Assembly: GCA_027717655.1 (NCBI GenBank)
Contig: JALLOH010000003.1
Location: 6,160-70,159 of the forward strand
Origin: Acidobacteriia bacterium AH_259_A11_L15
GTDB taxonomy: Bacteria > Acidobacteriota > Terriglobia > Acidiferrales > 2-02-FULL-67-57
Direction: 5' to 3'
DNA: 64,000 nt
Below are positions 28,382 to 38,099 of the stretch, piece after piece. A program made the position numbers and the translations under genes. Position 1 is the first letter of the stretch. Each line of letters opens with the position of its first letter. The notes below the pieces were generated by a model. It saw only the letters and a list, made by a program, of their open reading frames with translations. It was not told the origin of the DNA and ran no database searches.

Positions 28382-28597
28382 CTACCATTCTAGCTTCGCC
28401 GCACATTGCCCGCATTCTTGCAGATTGAGGTCATCCGGATCTCCGCGCTTGATGCCGTTGAAGCCGGCAGCAAGGTAGGAAAAATCATCCATCAGGCGGC
28501 CTTCGTATTTGCAGACAGGGCATCGGACCATTGGGTTAAAGGAGTCTTCAGGTTCGCGATAGACGAGCCTCGGTGGGTCTACTTCGTAGTACGGCAT
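28382..28597 (-). CDS. Small zinc-ribbon protein
   Basis: CPVC ... CGQC. Confidence 0.55.
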   Translation of the reverse strand: MPYYEVDPPRLVYREPEDSFNPMVRCPVCKYEGRLMDDFSYLAAGFNGIKRGDPDDLNLQECGQCAAKLEW

Positions 28598-28950
28598 GCA
28601 TTACCACTACTTCTCGAGCTCACATTCGTACCAGGTGGCATAAGTGTCTTCGCATTCGCGCTGGTACTTGCGGTCTTGCTCGCTCTTAAATCCCTGGCTT
28701 TTCTCAAACCTGGTAACGAATCGGTCAGCGCTGCTCTTGCTGCGGTAGGCTTTGACCTCATCAAGCACGCCTTGGAAAACGCTGAGCGCGACGTAGACTT
28801 TTGGTGACACGGGGGACCACCGAAGTAAGTATTGTTGAAAAGAAATGAGAAGATGTTCAGCCAAGTTTTCCAACAGAGGAATTTCTTGCGAGGTTGCATT
28901 TCTGCTAGTAGGATGTGGCAGTTTCCTTCCGCGACTCCTGGTGATTGAAT

Positions 28951-30387
28951 ATGAGTTCGTCCCCAAGAAACCGAGTCACAGCGCAGGATTTCTACGACTA
29001 CGACAAGTGCCCGCACAGGACCTATCTGGACCATCACGGCAACACCAAGGAGAAGCTGCCCCTCTCGGACTTCCTCAACCTGTTGTTCGAGCGCGCACTC
29101 CTGCACGAGGAGGATGTTATAAAGGATCTGGAACACGTCGTCCCGGAGGGGAAGACGCTTGGAGAGCGTGCTGCCCTGACACTGGACCTGATGAAAACCG
29201 GGATTGAGCGAATCTACCAGGGAGTTCTTCTTCAGGACGACGACAGCGGCATTCCTGACCTGCTGGAAAAAGTGAACGGAAAATCAGATCTCGGTGACTA
29301 CTTCTACAAGCCCGTGGACATTAAGAGCGGCAGCGGCTACGAGAGCGAGAGCAAGGGCACGCTTCGGAAGGACTACGGGAAGCAGCTGTTCCACTATGCA
29401 AGGCTGCTTGAGCGGGTCCAGGGAATGTTTCCACCCGAGGGCGAGATTCTCAACAAAAGAGGTGATAGGGTCCCTTATCCGTTAGGCCAATTCGCTAGGC
29501 TGTACCAGGAAGTCGAGCCCGAAATCAGGGCCCTGGTCGCAGGAACCAAGACTGACGAGCCGGCGCTCTGCGGAGACTGCAAGTACTGCCAGTGGTGGGG
29601 ACACTGTGAGGAGATTCTTGTCAGGGAGAACGACCTGACCCTGCTGCCGGGTGTGGGCCGCGACACGAAAGTCACTCTCAACGAGGTCGGGGTGCGGTCG
29701 ATAGAGGATGTTGCCAGATTTGATTTCGGGGGTGTGAAGCTCAGGCGCATCGGACCAAAAACCGCCGAATCTATGCCACGGGCCGCCCGTGTCACCCTGT
29801 CAGGGGAGATGGAGGTGCTGAGGAAACCTGACCTTTCTGACCCTGCGGTAAAGATATATTTCGATTTCGAGGACGACCCCACGCAGGAACTGGTTTATCT
29901 ATGTGGGCTGTGGGCCGAGCCCGCCATCAAAGGTCTGAACTACCACGGGTTCTTCTGCACTGGCGAGGTGGGGGAAGCACGGATGTGGACCGATTTCCAG
30001 AAACTATGCGCTGACATAATGAACATAGACTATGTGGTTTTTCACTATTCGGCATACGAAAAGACCAAGCTGAACGAACTGGAGCGGAAGTACGGCGTTC
30101 AGGAGCAGCATGCTGTTGAAACCTTCAAGGGCCGGATGAAGGACCTGCTCCTGGTCGTAAAGAATTCAGTTGTTCTCCCGACGCGCGGATACGGCCTGAA
30201 AGAGCTGGCCTCTTTCATTGGCCGCCCGTATCAGACCCAAGACGCCGGCGGCGCACAGGCGATTGTCTGGTTCCAGGAATATCAGAAAGACCCTTCCAGG
30301 CAGGACCTGTTCAATAAGATTCTTGGGTACAACAGGGAGGATTGCCTTGTGCTGAAGGCCATGTATGAGTGGTTGAAGCGGCTCTAG
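28951..30387 (+). CDS. TM0106-family RecB/Cas4-like nuclease with an RNase H-like C-terminal domain
   Basis: CPHR, GIPDLL, PVDIKS, CGDCKYCQWWGHC, YFDFEDDP, FHYSAYE, YGLKEL and YNREDC. Confidence 0.85.
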   Translation: MSSSPRNRVTAQDFYDYDKCPHRTYLDHHGNTKEKLPLSDFLNLLFERALLHEEDVIKDLEHVVPEGKTLGERAALTLDLMKTGIERIYQGVLLQDDDSGIPDLLEKVNGKSDLGDYFYKPVDIKSGSGYESESKGTLRKDYGKQLFHYARLLERVQGMFPPEGEILNKRGDRVPYPLGQFARLYQEVEPEIRALVAGTKTDEPALCGDCKYCQWWGHCEEILVRENDLTLLPGVGRDTKVTLNEVGVRSIEDVARFDFGGVKLRRIGPKTAESMPRAARVTLSGEMEVLRKPDLSDPAVKIYFDFEDDPTQELVYLCGLWAEPAIKGLNYHGFFCTGEVGEARMWTDFQKLCADIMNIDYVVFHYSAYEKTKLNELERKYGVQEQHAVETFKGRMKDLLLVVKNSVVLPTRGYGLKELASFIGRPYQTQDAGGAQAIVWFQEYQKDPSRQDLFNKILGYNREDCLVLKAMYEWLKRL

Positions 30388-31052
30388 GGGACGGCTTTGC
30401 TCATCATCGTCACGTAGCCTTCCAGGCCGCCTATGGCCAGACGCTCGTATCCTGAAATGACTTTGTGGCCGGTGTCGATCAGTTTCAGCGCGTGCTGGTT
30501 GTAGGGGCGCACGTCGTCTGCGCTGCGGATGAAGTAATCGATGAACTCTGGCACTTCTTCAAAGCCGGCATCCTGCGCTTCGGTGTTGCCGTAGCTGAAA
30601 AACATGCCTCCGTCGATGGTATGGCCTTCGAAGTCTGAGCGCGGCTGGCCGTTCTTCAAGATCTCGTCCTGATAGCAGCACAGGCAGATGTAGCCCAAGT
30701 CGGTGTGCTTCCTGAACTGAAGCATCCATCCGTTCCTGGGGTTCTGTTCGCACACCTGGCGATCGCAAGTTTCACATTCGGTGTAATCAAAGCTTCCAGA
30801 GCGGCAGTAGACCTCTTCGCATTCGTCACTATGAAAGAAGACCTCGCGGGGCTTGTCTTCCCAAGGAGTGTCGTAAAGCTCTGCAAAGATGCTAGTCGGG
30901 TAGAACCCTTTGTCGAGAAAGCCGCACGGCCAAAGATGAAGCTGCTTGTTCCGGTGGAGCTCCTGGTATTTCTGCATCCGCTTCGGGAAGTTGATGTCAA
31001 ACCTGCGCTCACAGGAGGCGCACTCCTCGATGCGGGCGTCGTGGATGGGCAT
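30384..31052 (-). CDS. Cys-rich hypothetical protein
   Basis: Multiple CxxC motifs (CASC, CETC, ICLCC). Probable start MPIHD at 31052. Confidence 0.55.
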   Translation of the reverse strand: MPIHDARIEECASCERRFDINFPKRMQKYQELHRNKQLHLWPCGFLDKGFYPTSIFAELYDTPWEDKPREVFFHSDECEEVYCRSGSFDYTECETCDRQVCEQNPRNGWMLQFRKHTDLGYICLCCYQDEILKNGQPRSDFEGHTIDGGMFFSYGNTEAQDAGFEEVPEFIDYFIRSADDVRPYNQHALKLIDTGHKVISGYERLAIGGLEGYVTMMSKAVP

Positions 31053-31144
31053 GGAGTAAGGTTGGGCGCGACACCTTAAGCGGCTTTCGCTTATACTTTC
31101 TGACAGGCAAACGGCCCAAGGAGTGGGCTGCGGCAGAGGCTGCA

Positions 31145-32002
31145 ATGCCGTTTCGCGATCTCTTAAGGCAGGACAGCGAGTTTTGGGAGGCCTGCGCAAG
31201 GCACACCAATCGTCAAACAGCACGTACGGTTCAAGCAATTTATTTGTGTGACGTATGTGCAATCCGCTTGACTCGTGAGGCTTTCAACGAGCGACCACCC
31301 ATCTATCATGGCGAGAGCATTACCGGCTTTTGCGGACTCTGTAACGAAGAGAAAACAGCCACGCTGCGGCTTTGGTTTGTTTGCGCTTTTTGCTGGAATG
31401 TCGTCCTTGCCTACCAAAAGGCCTTTGTCGCAAGCCGAGCTGTTCACGACTACTGGAAAGACTCAGTTGCATCGTCTTTCCCCCAACTAAAGCTTTCTGA
31501 AAAGGAAGCAGTCCGTCTTTCTCCGTACATGCGTAAAGGAAAAACCAAGAAATCAGCCGCAGAAACTCTCAGGGAGCTCGATTTTCTTGTCGAAGAAGAA
31601 GTGCGGCAGCAGAGAACTCCGCTGTTTCACATAGAGCTTAAGGCAGGACCGGGCTCAATAGAAGAGATGACTGAGTTTCAATTGGACATCAATGACTCCA
31701 ATGACATTATCGGTGTAGCCAACAACACGAAGCTTCCGGTCTACATTTTTCATGTCAAGTTGGAGCATCGATATGCCCCGCCTACGAGGTACACGGTTTC
31801 TACGAGGATATGGTGGACAGACATATTCACTCTCTTAAAAAACCGACTCGCAGTTAGACAGCGGAGGGGAGAAGAGAAACAGGCAGGCTACTATGCTCCG
31901 ACTGCCTTCAGGCCAATTGACCAGTTTATTCAGGAGTTAGAAGTCAGGGGGCATGCGCAATTGCGAGAGCGCCTTATGGGTCAGCCACTGGAACTTACCT
32001 GA
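31145..32002 (+). CDS. Putative restriction endonuclease (Zn-finger + PD-(D/E)XK)
   Basis: CDVC/CGLC/CAFC and LDFLV...IELKAG. Convergent with the MTase. Confidence 0.6.
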   Translation: MPFRDLLRQDSEFWEACARHTNRQTARTVQAIYLCDVCAIRLTREAFNERPPIYHGESITGFCGLCNEEKTATLRLWFVCAFCWNVVLAYQKAFVASRAVHDYWKDSVASSFPQLKLSEKEAVRLSPYMRKGKTKKSAAETLRELDFLVEEEVRQQRTPLFHIELKAGPGSIEEMTEFQLDINDSNDIIGVANNTKLPVYIFHVKLEHRYAPPTRYTVSTRIWWTDIFTLLKNRLAVRQRRGEEKQAGYYAPTAFRPIDQFIQELEVRGHAQLRERLMGQPLELT

Positions 32003-33678
32003 CTTAGGCTAGGCCTCTTTGAGGCCATTGAAAGCCTGCGTAGTTCGGTTACACCTTCCTGAATAATCTCTAGTTTTTCCTGAGAAATTGCAAAGCACTC
32101 GGCGATTTCCTTGTCTAATCGATTGCGGTTAAGGTGTCTGGTGAATTCCAGATATGCTCTTTCAGTTTGCTGCCTGGCCCTAGCATCTAAGAGACGGGGA
32201 TTCAGTACCGGCAATTCCTGTACATCCAGCGGATTGAGATTGAAAACGCCTCCTCCATATTGTTGGGCTCGGGAGCGGCATCCTAGCTCGAAAAACGAAG
32301 TATTGAGGATGCTGAGTAGGGCTGTCGTGTCGGCCTTATCTATGGGCTGTGCTTCTATAAAGTTTTCATTTCCGACCACACCTGCCTTGTTCCAGATTAC
32401 AAGGAAGTTCTCATAAAACCGGCGGGGAATGAATATAGAATAACGTCGTCGTCTCTTTATTTCGTCAGCCAAATTGTACCAGGGTACACGCCCAGCCTTC
32501 TGCAACCGTGGGAGATTCTGATATCCGGTGACTGTCCTTTCCTTGCCGCGGATCCGCACCTCAGTGTTCTCCGCTGCCTTGATGTACTTAACAAGGGCCT
32601 TACTCTCGATCTCTGGCAAAGGTTTGCTGACAAAGAGAATCCGGTGCGAAACGGACTCGCCGTCTTCGATGATCGGATCCGATATCTCCCTAGGGGAGAA
32701 TGCCAACGGCTGAAAATATTTCTTGGGGATGCTCAGATTGTCGGCTTTCGCAGTCTCTAAGATGTAAAAATCTCTTGCCAAAGGTTGAATCCCAATCCGC
32801 GTTCTCGCTACCTTCCCGAGAGCGGTGCATTTGTCCACCGGAAGCGTGAAGTACGCCTGCGGCTGACGCACATAGATACCCCAGGGCTGCCTCTCGTCGA
32901 GGTCTGTCTGCCTGATGGTCGCCAGTGAACCTAAGCTTCCCAGTTGCTGTCTTGTCATTTGGGAAAACCCAGAAATGAACTCAGGTAGACGAACAAAACT
33001 CACCTCATCTGCTTCCGAGGGAGTACCTTTCTCCGCGAAGAGCATCACGGACTTCACGAGGACATCTGCGAAAAGCTTGCCTTCGCAAATAGCGAGCATC
33101 CTGATTCTAAAGTTGCGTAGAAAGAATTCCTTAAGGGCTATCCCGTAATCCGTGTCCATCCAGGAACTCGAAATGATCACGGCTATCCGGCCGTGTGGTT
33201 CGAGAAACTGTGAAGCGTAGATCAGGAAGTAGCTGTAAAGATCGGTTAGACGAGGCAGACGCGCTAGGAATAGGTCGTGGAAAATCACCCGTTCGCGGAC
33301 GCGATCAATTTCGTCCAACGTACTCCGCCGCACATAAGGAGGATTCCCCACGACCGCAGAAATCGGAGGAAATCGGGTATCAAAGAAATCGGCATTCAGA
33401 AACTGTGGAAGGGTTGTGCCAATCGATTCTTTGATGGTTTGACAAGCACGTTCGTAGACCGGGTGATCGCGTTCAACGCCGAAAACCTGTGCTTGAACTT
33501 GCTGATCTGAACAGCCAAGAGCTTTCAACCTCTTCGCAGCCTCGCAGAGAAAGACACCCTCCCCAGCCCCAATATCGAGTATTGTCTGGTTTTTGTTTTG
33601 CACGGCCCAAGAAACAAGTTCTTCTGCAATCACAGCTGGCGTGAGTACGAGACCGATCTGTTTGGAAAGTGTCACCAT
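31981..33678 (-). CDS. N6-adenine DNA methyltransferase (gamma class, Eco57I/TaqI-like)
   Basis: ILDIGAGEGVFL, ADFF, VVGNPPYVR, DLYSYF and a C-terminal TRD region. Confidence 0.9.
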   Translation of the reverse strand: MVTLSKQIGLVLTPAVIAEELVSWAVQNKNQTILDIGAGEGVFLCEAAKRLKALGCSDQQVQAQVFGVERDHPVYERACQTIKESIGTTLPQFLNADFFDTRFPPISAVVGNPPYVRRSTLDEIDRVRERVIFHDLFLARLPRLTDLYSYFLIYASQFLEPHGRIAVIISSSWMDTDYGIALKEFFLRNFRIRMLAICEGKLFADVLVKSVMLFAEKGTPSEADEVSFVRLPEFISGFSQMTRQQLGSLGSLATIRQTDLDERQPWGIYVRQPQAYFTLPVDKCTALGKVARTRIGIQPLARDFYILETAKADNLSIPKKYFQPLAFSPREISDPIIEDGESVSHRILFVSKPLPEIESKALVKYIKAAENTEVRIRGKERTVTGYQNLPRLQKAGRVPWYNLADEIKRRRRYSIFIPRRFYENFLVIWNKAGVVGNENFIEAQPIDKADTTALLSILNTSFFELGCRSRAQQYGGGVFNLNPLDVQELPVLNPRLLDARARQQTERAYLEFTRHLNRNRLDKEIAECFAISQEKLEIIQEGVTELRRLSMASKRPSLSQVSSSG

Positions 33679-33810
33679 CCGTGCTTCTTATAGCACAAAA
33701 CTGGAAGGTACCGTCAAATCTACAGCTTCCTCACGACGAGTCGATGATCTATTGCTAGTTGTGAGCTTTGCCGCTGGTCCCACAGCTCGCTCCGAGCATC
33801 TTGTCGGCTC

Positions 33811-34299
33811 TTAGACGAGCTTCTCCCACAGCCCCCTCGACTTTTTCGTCATTGCAACGTCGAAGTACTTGGTCAGAACATGAGGAAAGGCCCTGTCGAT
33901 CTCTTGCCCGAGTTCGCTAAGCGAGTACAAACGCAAGGCCGTGATGTTGTGCTTGCCAGGCTTCAACTTGCGAGCGTTCAGCAAGAGCCAACTTGGATTG
34001 GAAGTGAACGCAAGGACAGCAATTACGGGGTTGATGCCCTTGTTTTCGAAATCTTTCAGACCATCCAGGTCGTCCCGGTCGATGGAAATCGATGTACCCG
34101 ACGGAGCCTTGACCTCGACGGCGTAGCTATCTGGACCACGTTCAGCCGAGATATCCGGGCGCTCAACTGGCCGCCCTCTTGTTCTGAATCCTACCTCGCG
34201 AAAGGTAAGCTCCAAAAGAACCTGGCATATTCTGCCGAACTCTTGGGGTCCGTGCTTCTTCCTGATCTTTTGCAGCTGCTCGTAGACCTCGTAGTTCAT
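33811..34299 (-). CDS. Small PD-(D/E)XK (Hjc/REase-like) nuclease
   Basis: RPDISAE...AVEVKA. The ATG at 34299 overlaps the Rad50-like stop codon. Confidence 0.7.
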   Translation of the reverse strand: MNYEVYEQLQKIRKKHGPQEFGRICQVLLELTFREVGFRTRGRPVERPDISAERGPDSYAVEVKAPSGTSISIDRDDLDGLKDFENKGINPVIAVLAFTSNPSWLLLNARKLKPGKHNITALRLYSLSELGQEIDRAFPHVLTKYFDVAMTKKSRGLWEKLV

Positions 34300-36464
34300 A
34301 CCTGACACCGGATTTCGGGTCCTTCCTTCGGGCAGCGGTCAAAGCGGTAGATGAGCAGTTTCTTCTGGCCACCCTCATTTTCAAGGATTGACTGGAGTTC
34401 CTTATCGTGGGTGGCTAGGATTACTTGTTTTTGAGGTACGAGCTCCAGAAGGATTTCAGCCAGAGCTTTCTTGTGCGAGGTATCAAGATTCTGTGAAGGG
34501 TCGTCCAAAACTAGGAATCCAAGGTTATGTGAGTAGATGTCTTTTTTTGCCAGGGCCAGATAGATGGCGAGGGCAACGCAGTTCATCTGGCCCGTACTGA
34601 ACTTCTGGCTGGCTAGAGTTTCTTCTGACTCCTTTTTGTTGACACCTTTGATGTAATACTCGTTACGCAACACACCCCTGACCGTTCTCGGCTTGACCTC
34701 TATCTCAAGCTCTTCGTAATAGGGATGATTGCAAAGCCTCCTGTAGTACGCACTTATGTCATCCTGTGCATTACTGATCATGCTCGCAGCTAGGTCCGTC
34801 TGTACCGTCGTAACTGCCTTGGATATTGCGTCTAGGATTTCGCGTAGAGATTCGAGTTCCAAGATATTCTGTCGGAGGGCTTGAAGTTCCTTGCCCTCAA
34901 GCAGCTTTTCGAGCCTCTTGATGCTTTCCTGCTCTTTCAACACCTCAGCAATCCGCATCAATTTCTCGCACCGGTCTTCGATTCGCTGAAGTTGTCCCTC
35001 CCTCTGGTGCAAAGGCTTTTCAAACTTCTTGATCTGTGCTCCCAGATCGGCAAGACGAGCCTTAAGTAGCGCCTCTGCATCGTCCTTGGCAGTAATGACG
35101 CGCTGGAGGACTGCAGCAACCTCTTTCAAAACTGCTTCCAAGTCTCGCTCAACGCGGGCAAGCTCGTCAGAGAGCTTCTTATGCTCACGCTGTTCCCTTT
35201 CAGCTTCAGCCTTGGCTTGCTGGCTCTTCAGTATCCTAGTGTCGATGCTCTCAAGGTCCTTCGTTTCGTGCGCTTCCAGTTCGGATTTCAGATGGTCCAG
35301 TAGCTTTTCCCTTTCGATAGAACGACCACAAACCGGGCAGGCCGTCTCCTCAGTTTCACGGAGATATTGAAGGGCATCCTTGATGACCTTGAACCGGGAC
35401 TTGATGCCTGATCTTTCTTCCTCCAGCTGTTCCAGCTTTCTGGCGCTTGCTACTATGCGCCGGCTTATCGCGTCGGCGTCGCCGTGCTTTTTCTCGAAGT
35501 CCCTGAGGCTCTTCTTCTTTGAAAGGACATCAGAAGCCCTTGCAGAGTAGTCAGAAAGCACCGCCGAGCACTCTGTTCGCAGCTGGGTTAATTCATCGAT
35601 CTTTGTCTGCTCAGGCAGCTTTCGTCGAATCCTCTTGACGTAGCCTTGTAGGGACTCTGCGGCTTCCCCCAGTGCGCGAACGGAGGTTGGCACTTCGATA
35701 GAAGGTGGGTCAAGACCAGCTTCTTCAGCAACGTGGCGGAGTTCGGATGTACTGTCCTCAACCAGCTTCGCTCCATGCTCGATTTCAAACTGCGTGTCAG
35801 CAAGGCCGGTGTGCTTCCCTTTCCTTCTGCTCTCATCAAGTCTTCGCTTGGCCTCGCCAAGGCTGGCTTTTATGTCTGCCTCCAGCTGGTCTATCCGCGT
35901 TTGGAGTTTTGTCTGCCGGTCCGAGATCTTCACCAAGCGGATTGCATCGGTAATGTTCCGGAGGGAATCCAGTCCCAACAGCCGATCCAGGGCGGCATTT
36001 CGGTCGCGAGGATCTTCAGTCAGCAATCCTCTGACTGACTCTTGGTGCAAATAGGTAGAGCGTATGAAATCGTCGAGTGTTAGGCGAAATATCCGGTAAA
36101 CAGCTTGCTCTGCTTGTTCGTCTTCGAGCTCTGCACCGTCCGGCAAGGTGAGTGTGAGATGTGTCTTCTCCCGTCTCTTGGGCTTGGTTCTCCGAAGAGC
36201 AACGTCACCGTCTGGTGATTTAAGAATGAGTTCGACGGTGCCCTCGTTTTGGAAGGTGTTTATGAGCTCGTCGTGGGTTCTGCCTTCGTAGCGGATGAAC
36301 TCAACATCACCAAAAAGGCACCATTCGATAGCTGAGAGGGTACTACTCTTGCCTGAACCGTTGTCGCCAAAGAGGAAAACCAATTCCCGAGATAGGTCAA
36401 GGTCTCGCTGATCGTTGAACCCTCTGAACCCTGAAACCTTCAGCGACTTGACAAGACACGGCAT
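34296..36464 (-). CDS. Rad50/SbcC-like SMC ATPase with a zinc hook
   Basis: GFRGF, GDNGSGKSS, YLHQ Q-loop, coiled coils, CPVCG hook, FSTGQ signature, LVLDDP and THD. Probable ATG at 36464. Confidence 0.9.
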   Translation of the reverse strand: MPCLVKSLKVSGFRGFNDQRDLDLSRELVFLFGDNGSGKSSTLSAIEWCLFGDVEFIRYEGRTHDELINTFQNEGTVELILKSPDGDVALRRTKPKRREKTHLTLTLPDGAELEDEQAEQAVYRIFRLTLDDFIRSTYLHQESVRGLLTEDPRDRNAALDRLLGLDSLRNITDAIRLVKISDRQTKLQTRIDQLEADIKASLGEAKRRLDESRRKGKHTGLADTQFEIEHGAKLVEDSTSELRHVAEEAGLDPPSIEVPTSVRALGEAAESLQGYVKRIRRKLPEQTKIDELTQLRTECSAVLSDYSARASDVLSKKKSLRDFEKKHGDADAISRRIVASARKLEQLEEERSGIKSRFKVIKDALQYLRETEETACPVCGRSIEREKLLDHLKSELEAHETKDLESIDTRILKSQQAKAEAEREQREHKKLSDELARVERDLEAVLKEVAAVLQRVITAKDDAEALLKARLADLGAQIKKFEKPLHQREGQLQRIEDRCEKLMRIAEVLKEQESIKRLEKLLEGKELQALRQNILELESLREILDAISKAVTTVQTDLAASMISNAQDDISAYYRRLCNHPYYEELEIEVKPRTVRGVLRNEYYIKGVNKKESEETLASQKFSTGQMNCVALAIYLALAKKDIYSHNLGFLVLDDPSQNLDTSHKKALAEILLELVPQKQVILATHDKELQSILENEGGQKKLLIYRFDRCPKEGPEIRCQV

Positions 36465-36480
36465 AGGACACAGACGCCTT

Positions 36481-36801
36481 CTAGCGCTCCTCGAGATCTT
36501 GGGCAACTTTCTCTTCTTGCCCCCCAAACACCTTCTCAATCGATACCGCCTCTTGCTTCAAACCCGCCTCTATTCGGTCCACGCCACCCTCGTTGAGCCA
36601 TTGGAAAATCTTCTTGGCTAGCTTGGCAGCGCGTGCCTGCATATCGGGCTCGCCAGCTAGGAGTTCCCTGATCTCTTTGTTGACAAGCTTTTCGAATCGT
36701 TCCATAAGCTCAATACCGAAGACTACCTTGACCACTAGCTTCTTGAATTTGACGATCCAGTCCCTGTCGCCGGTATCGAGACCCCGTTCGGACCTCGCCA
36801 A
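36481..36801 (-). CDS. Small helical protein upstream of the Rad50-like gene
   Basis: 106 aa, ends 16 nt before the Rad50 ATG. TATACT -10-like hexamer upstream. Confidence 0.6.
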   Translation of the reverse strand: MARSERGLDTGDRDWIVKFKKLVVKVVFGIELMERFEKLVNKEIRELLAGEPDMQARAAKLAKKIFQWLNEGGVDRIEAGLKQEAVSIEKVFGGQEEKVAQDLEER

Positions 36802-36861
36802 GCGCCAATCACTTCGACGGAGCCAGCAACGGGAGTATACCTACAGGGTCTGTCTTAGGCG

Positions 36862-37608
36862 CTATTCTGTCCTTTTCTGAGCTATCGCCAGAAGTTGGCG
36901 TAACAACGCACAATCCTTGCATGTCTCTCTTCCATCTGGTGGCTTGATCTTGGCGAAAATTTTTCGGGCGCGCTGTAACAGTTTTGGAATCATTCTGTCT
37001 GCCTTGAGTTCTACGGCTTCCAGTTTTGCCTCGAATTTCATAGAGAAATCATCTTCCGACATTAACTCTGTGATTTCGTCAGAAGCGACGTCAGTTTGCG
37101 GCTCCATGTAGATCAGCCCAAGGCCCGATATTGGAGTCAGACCTTGAGTTTTAGAAATGTAGGCATACGCGTTAAGCTGCACTTCGTATAATGGCAAGAG
37201 TTCGTCCTGCCTCTTGGTTGCCTTGGCCGTCTTATAGTCCACAATGTGATATGAACCATCCAAGAGACGGAAAATGTCGTCGGGAGTACCCCTAATGGTA
37301 ATCTTTGTCTTCGGATCTTCAAGCTTGAACCTGGACCAGTGAAGTTTATGGCCCGGAACGTAACCACTTGCCTTCCCGATGTTCGGAAACCATGGGGGGA
37401 GGACCTTCTTTTCGTCAAAGAACCTATGGATAAGTCTCTTCCCATATGCGTCGATCGAACTGAATATTCCAGGCATTGGGATCTGAAACGGGAATTTATT
37501 GTCGCAGCGCAAAACCATCCAGAAGCATTGCGGGCAGAAGTCGGGCAGGCGCAGCATCCCCAGAGTCCTGGCTGGAATCGTTATTTGTTTCACTTTCGGT
37601 TCTTCCAT
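36862..37608 (-). CDS. PD-(D/E)XK (Cas4/AddB-like) nuclease with an Fe-S-type Cys set
   Basis: CPQCFW, GTPDD, IVDYKT, QLNAY and CKDC. Confidence 0.85.
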   Translation of the reverse strand: MEEPKVKQITIPARTLGMLRLPDFCPQCFWMVLRCDNKFPFQIPMPGIFSSIDAYGKRLIHRFFDEKKVLPPWFPNIGKASGYVPGHKLHWSRFKLEDPKTKITIRGTPDDIFRLLDGSYHIVDYKTAKATKRQDELLPLYEVQLNAYAYISKTQGLTPISGLGLIYMEPQTDVASDEITELMSEDDFSMKFEAKLEAVELKADRMIPKLLQRARKIFAKIKPPDGRETCKDCALLRQLLAIAQKRTE

Positions 37609-37692
37609 TCAGTTTGTGGCAAAAGGATCTTCTCAAGCTAGTGGATACAATGCGGGTAGCATAACCTAACCTACCTGCCCCGGTCAGCTACC

Positions 37693-38082
37693 TCATGAAT
37701 CATCATCTTGTCCACCTAGGGTATATCCGGCCCCTGCGCCCAGAATGGCTCCCCAGGGTCCCAGAAAGGCACCCAGAGTCCCGCCTATGAGTGCCCCCCA
37801 AGCACGGCGGTTCTCCCTGGCCTTCTTGGAAAGCGGGGCTCTGCTATGGCCGGACCGATGCCGAGCAGTTTTAGAGCTGCTATCTCCTTTCGAGCGGTTA
37901 CAGGAGATGCAGGCAGGCCTTAGGTTCCGTAGGTAGTCTGAGCCGCCGCTGGCCTTGGCCACTGAGTGGTCAATTTCCCATGAGCGACGATAAGACCGGC
38001 GCGATAGTTGTCGCCAGCAAATGTGGCAGCGACCGTCGGCCGAGTCGAAAATAAGATCGATTTGTTGTCTTGTATATGCCAT
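37693..38082 (-). CDS. HNH endonuclease with a C-terminal glycine zipper
   Basis: CHIC, EIDHS..GG...NLRPACISCNRSK, then GALIGGTLGAFLGPWGAILGAGAG. Confidence 0.8.
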   Translation of the reverse strand: MAYTRQQIDLIFDSADGRCHICWRQLSRRSYRRSWEIDHSVAKASGGSDYLRNLRPACISCNRSKGDSSSKTARHRSGHSRAPLSKKARENRRAWGALIGGTLGAFLGPWGAILGAGAGYTLGGQDDDS

Positions 38083-38099
38083 GGTCACGCCAGCCAGGG

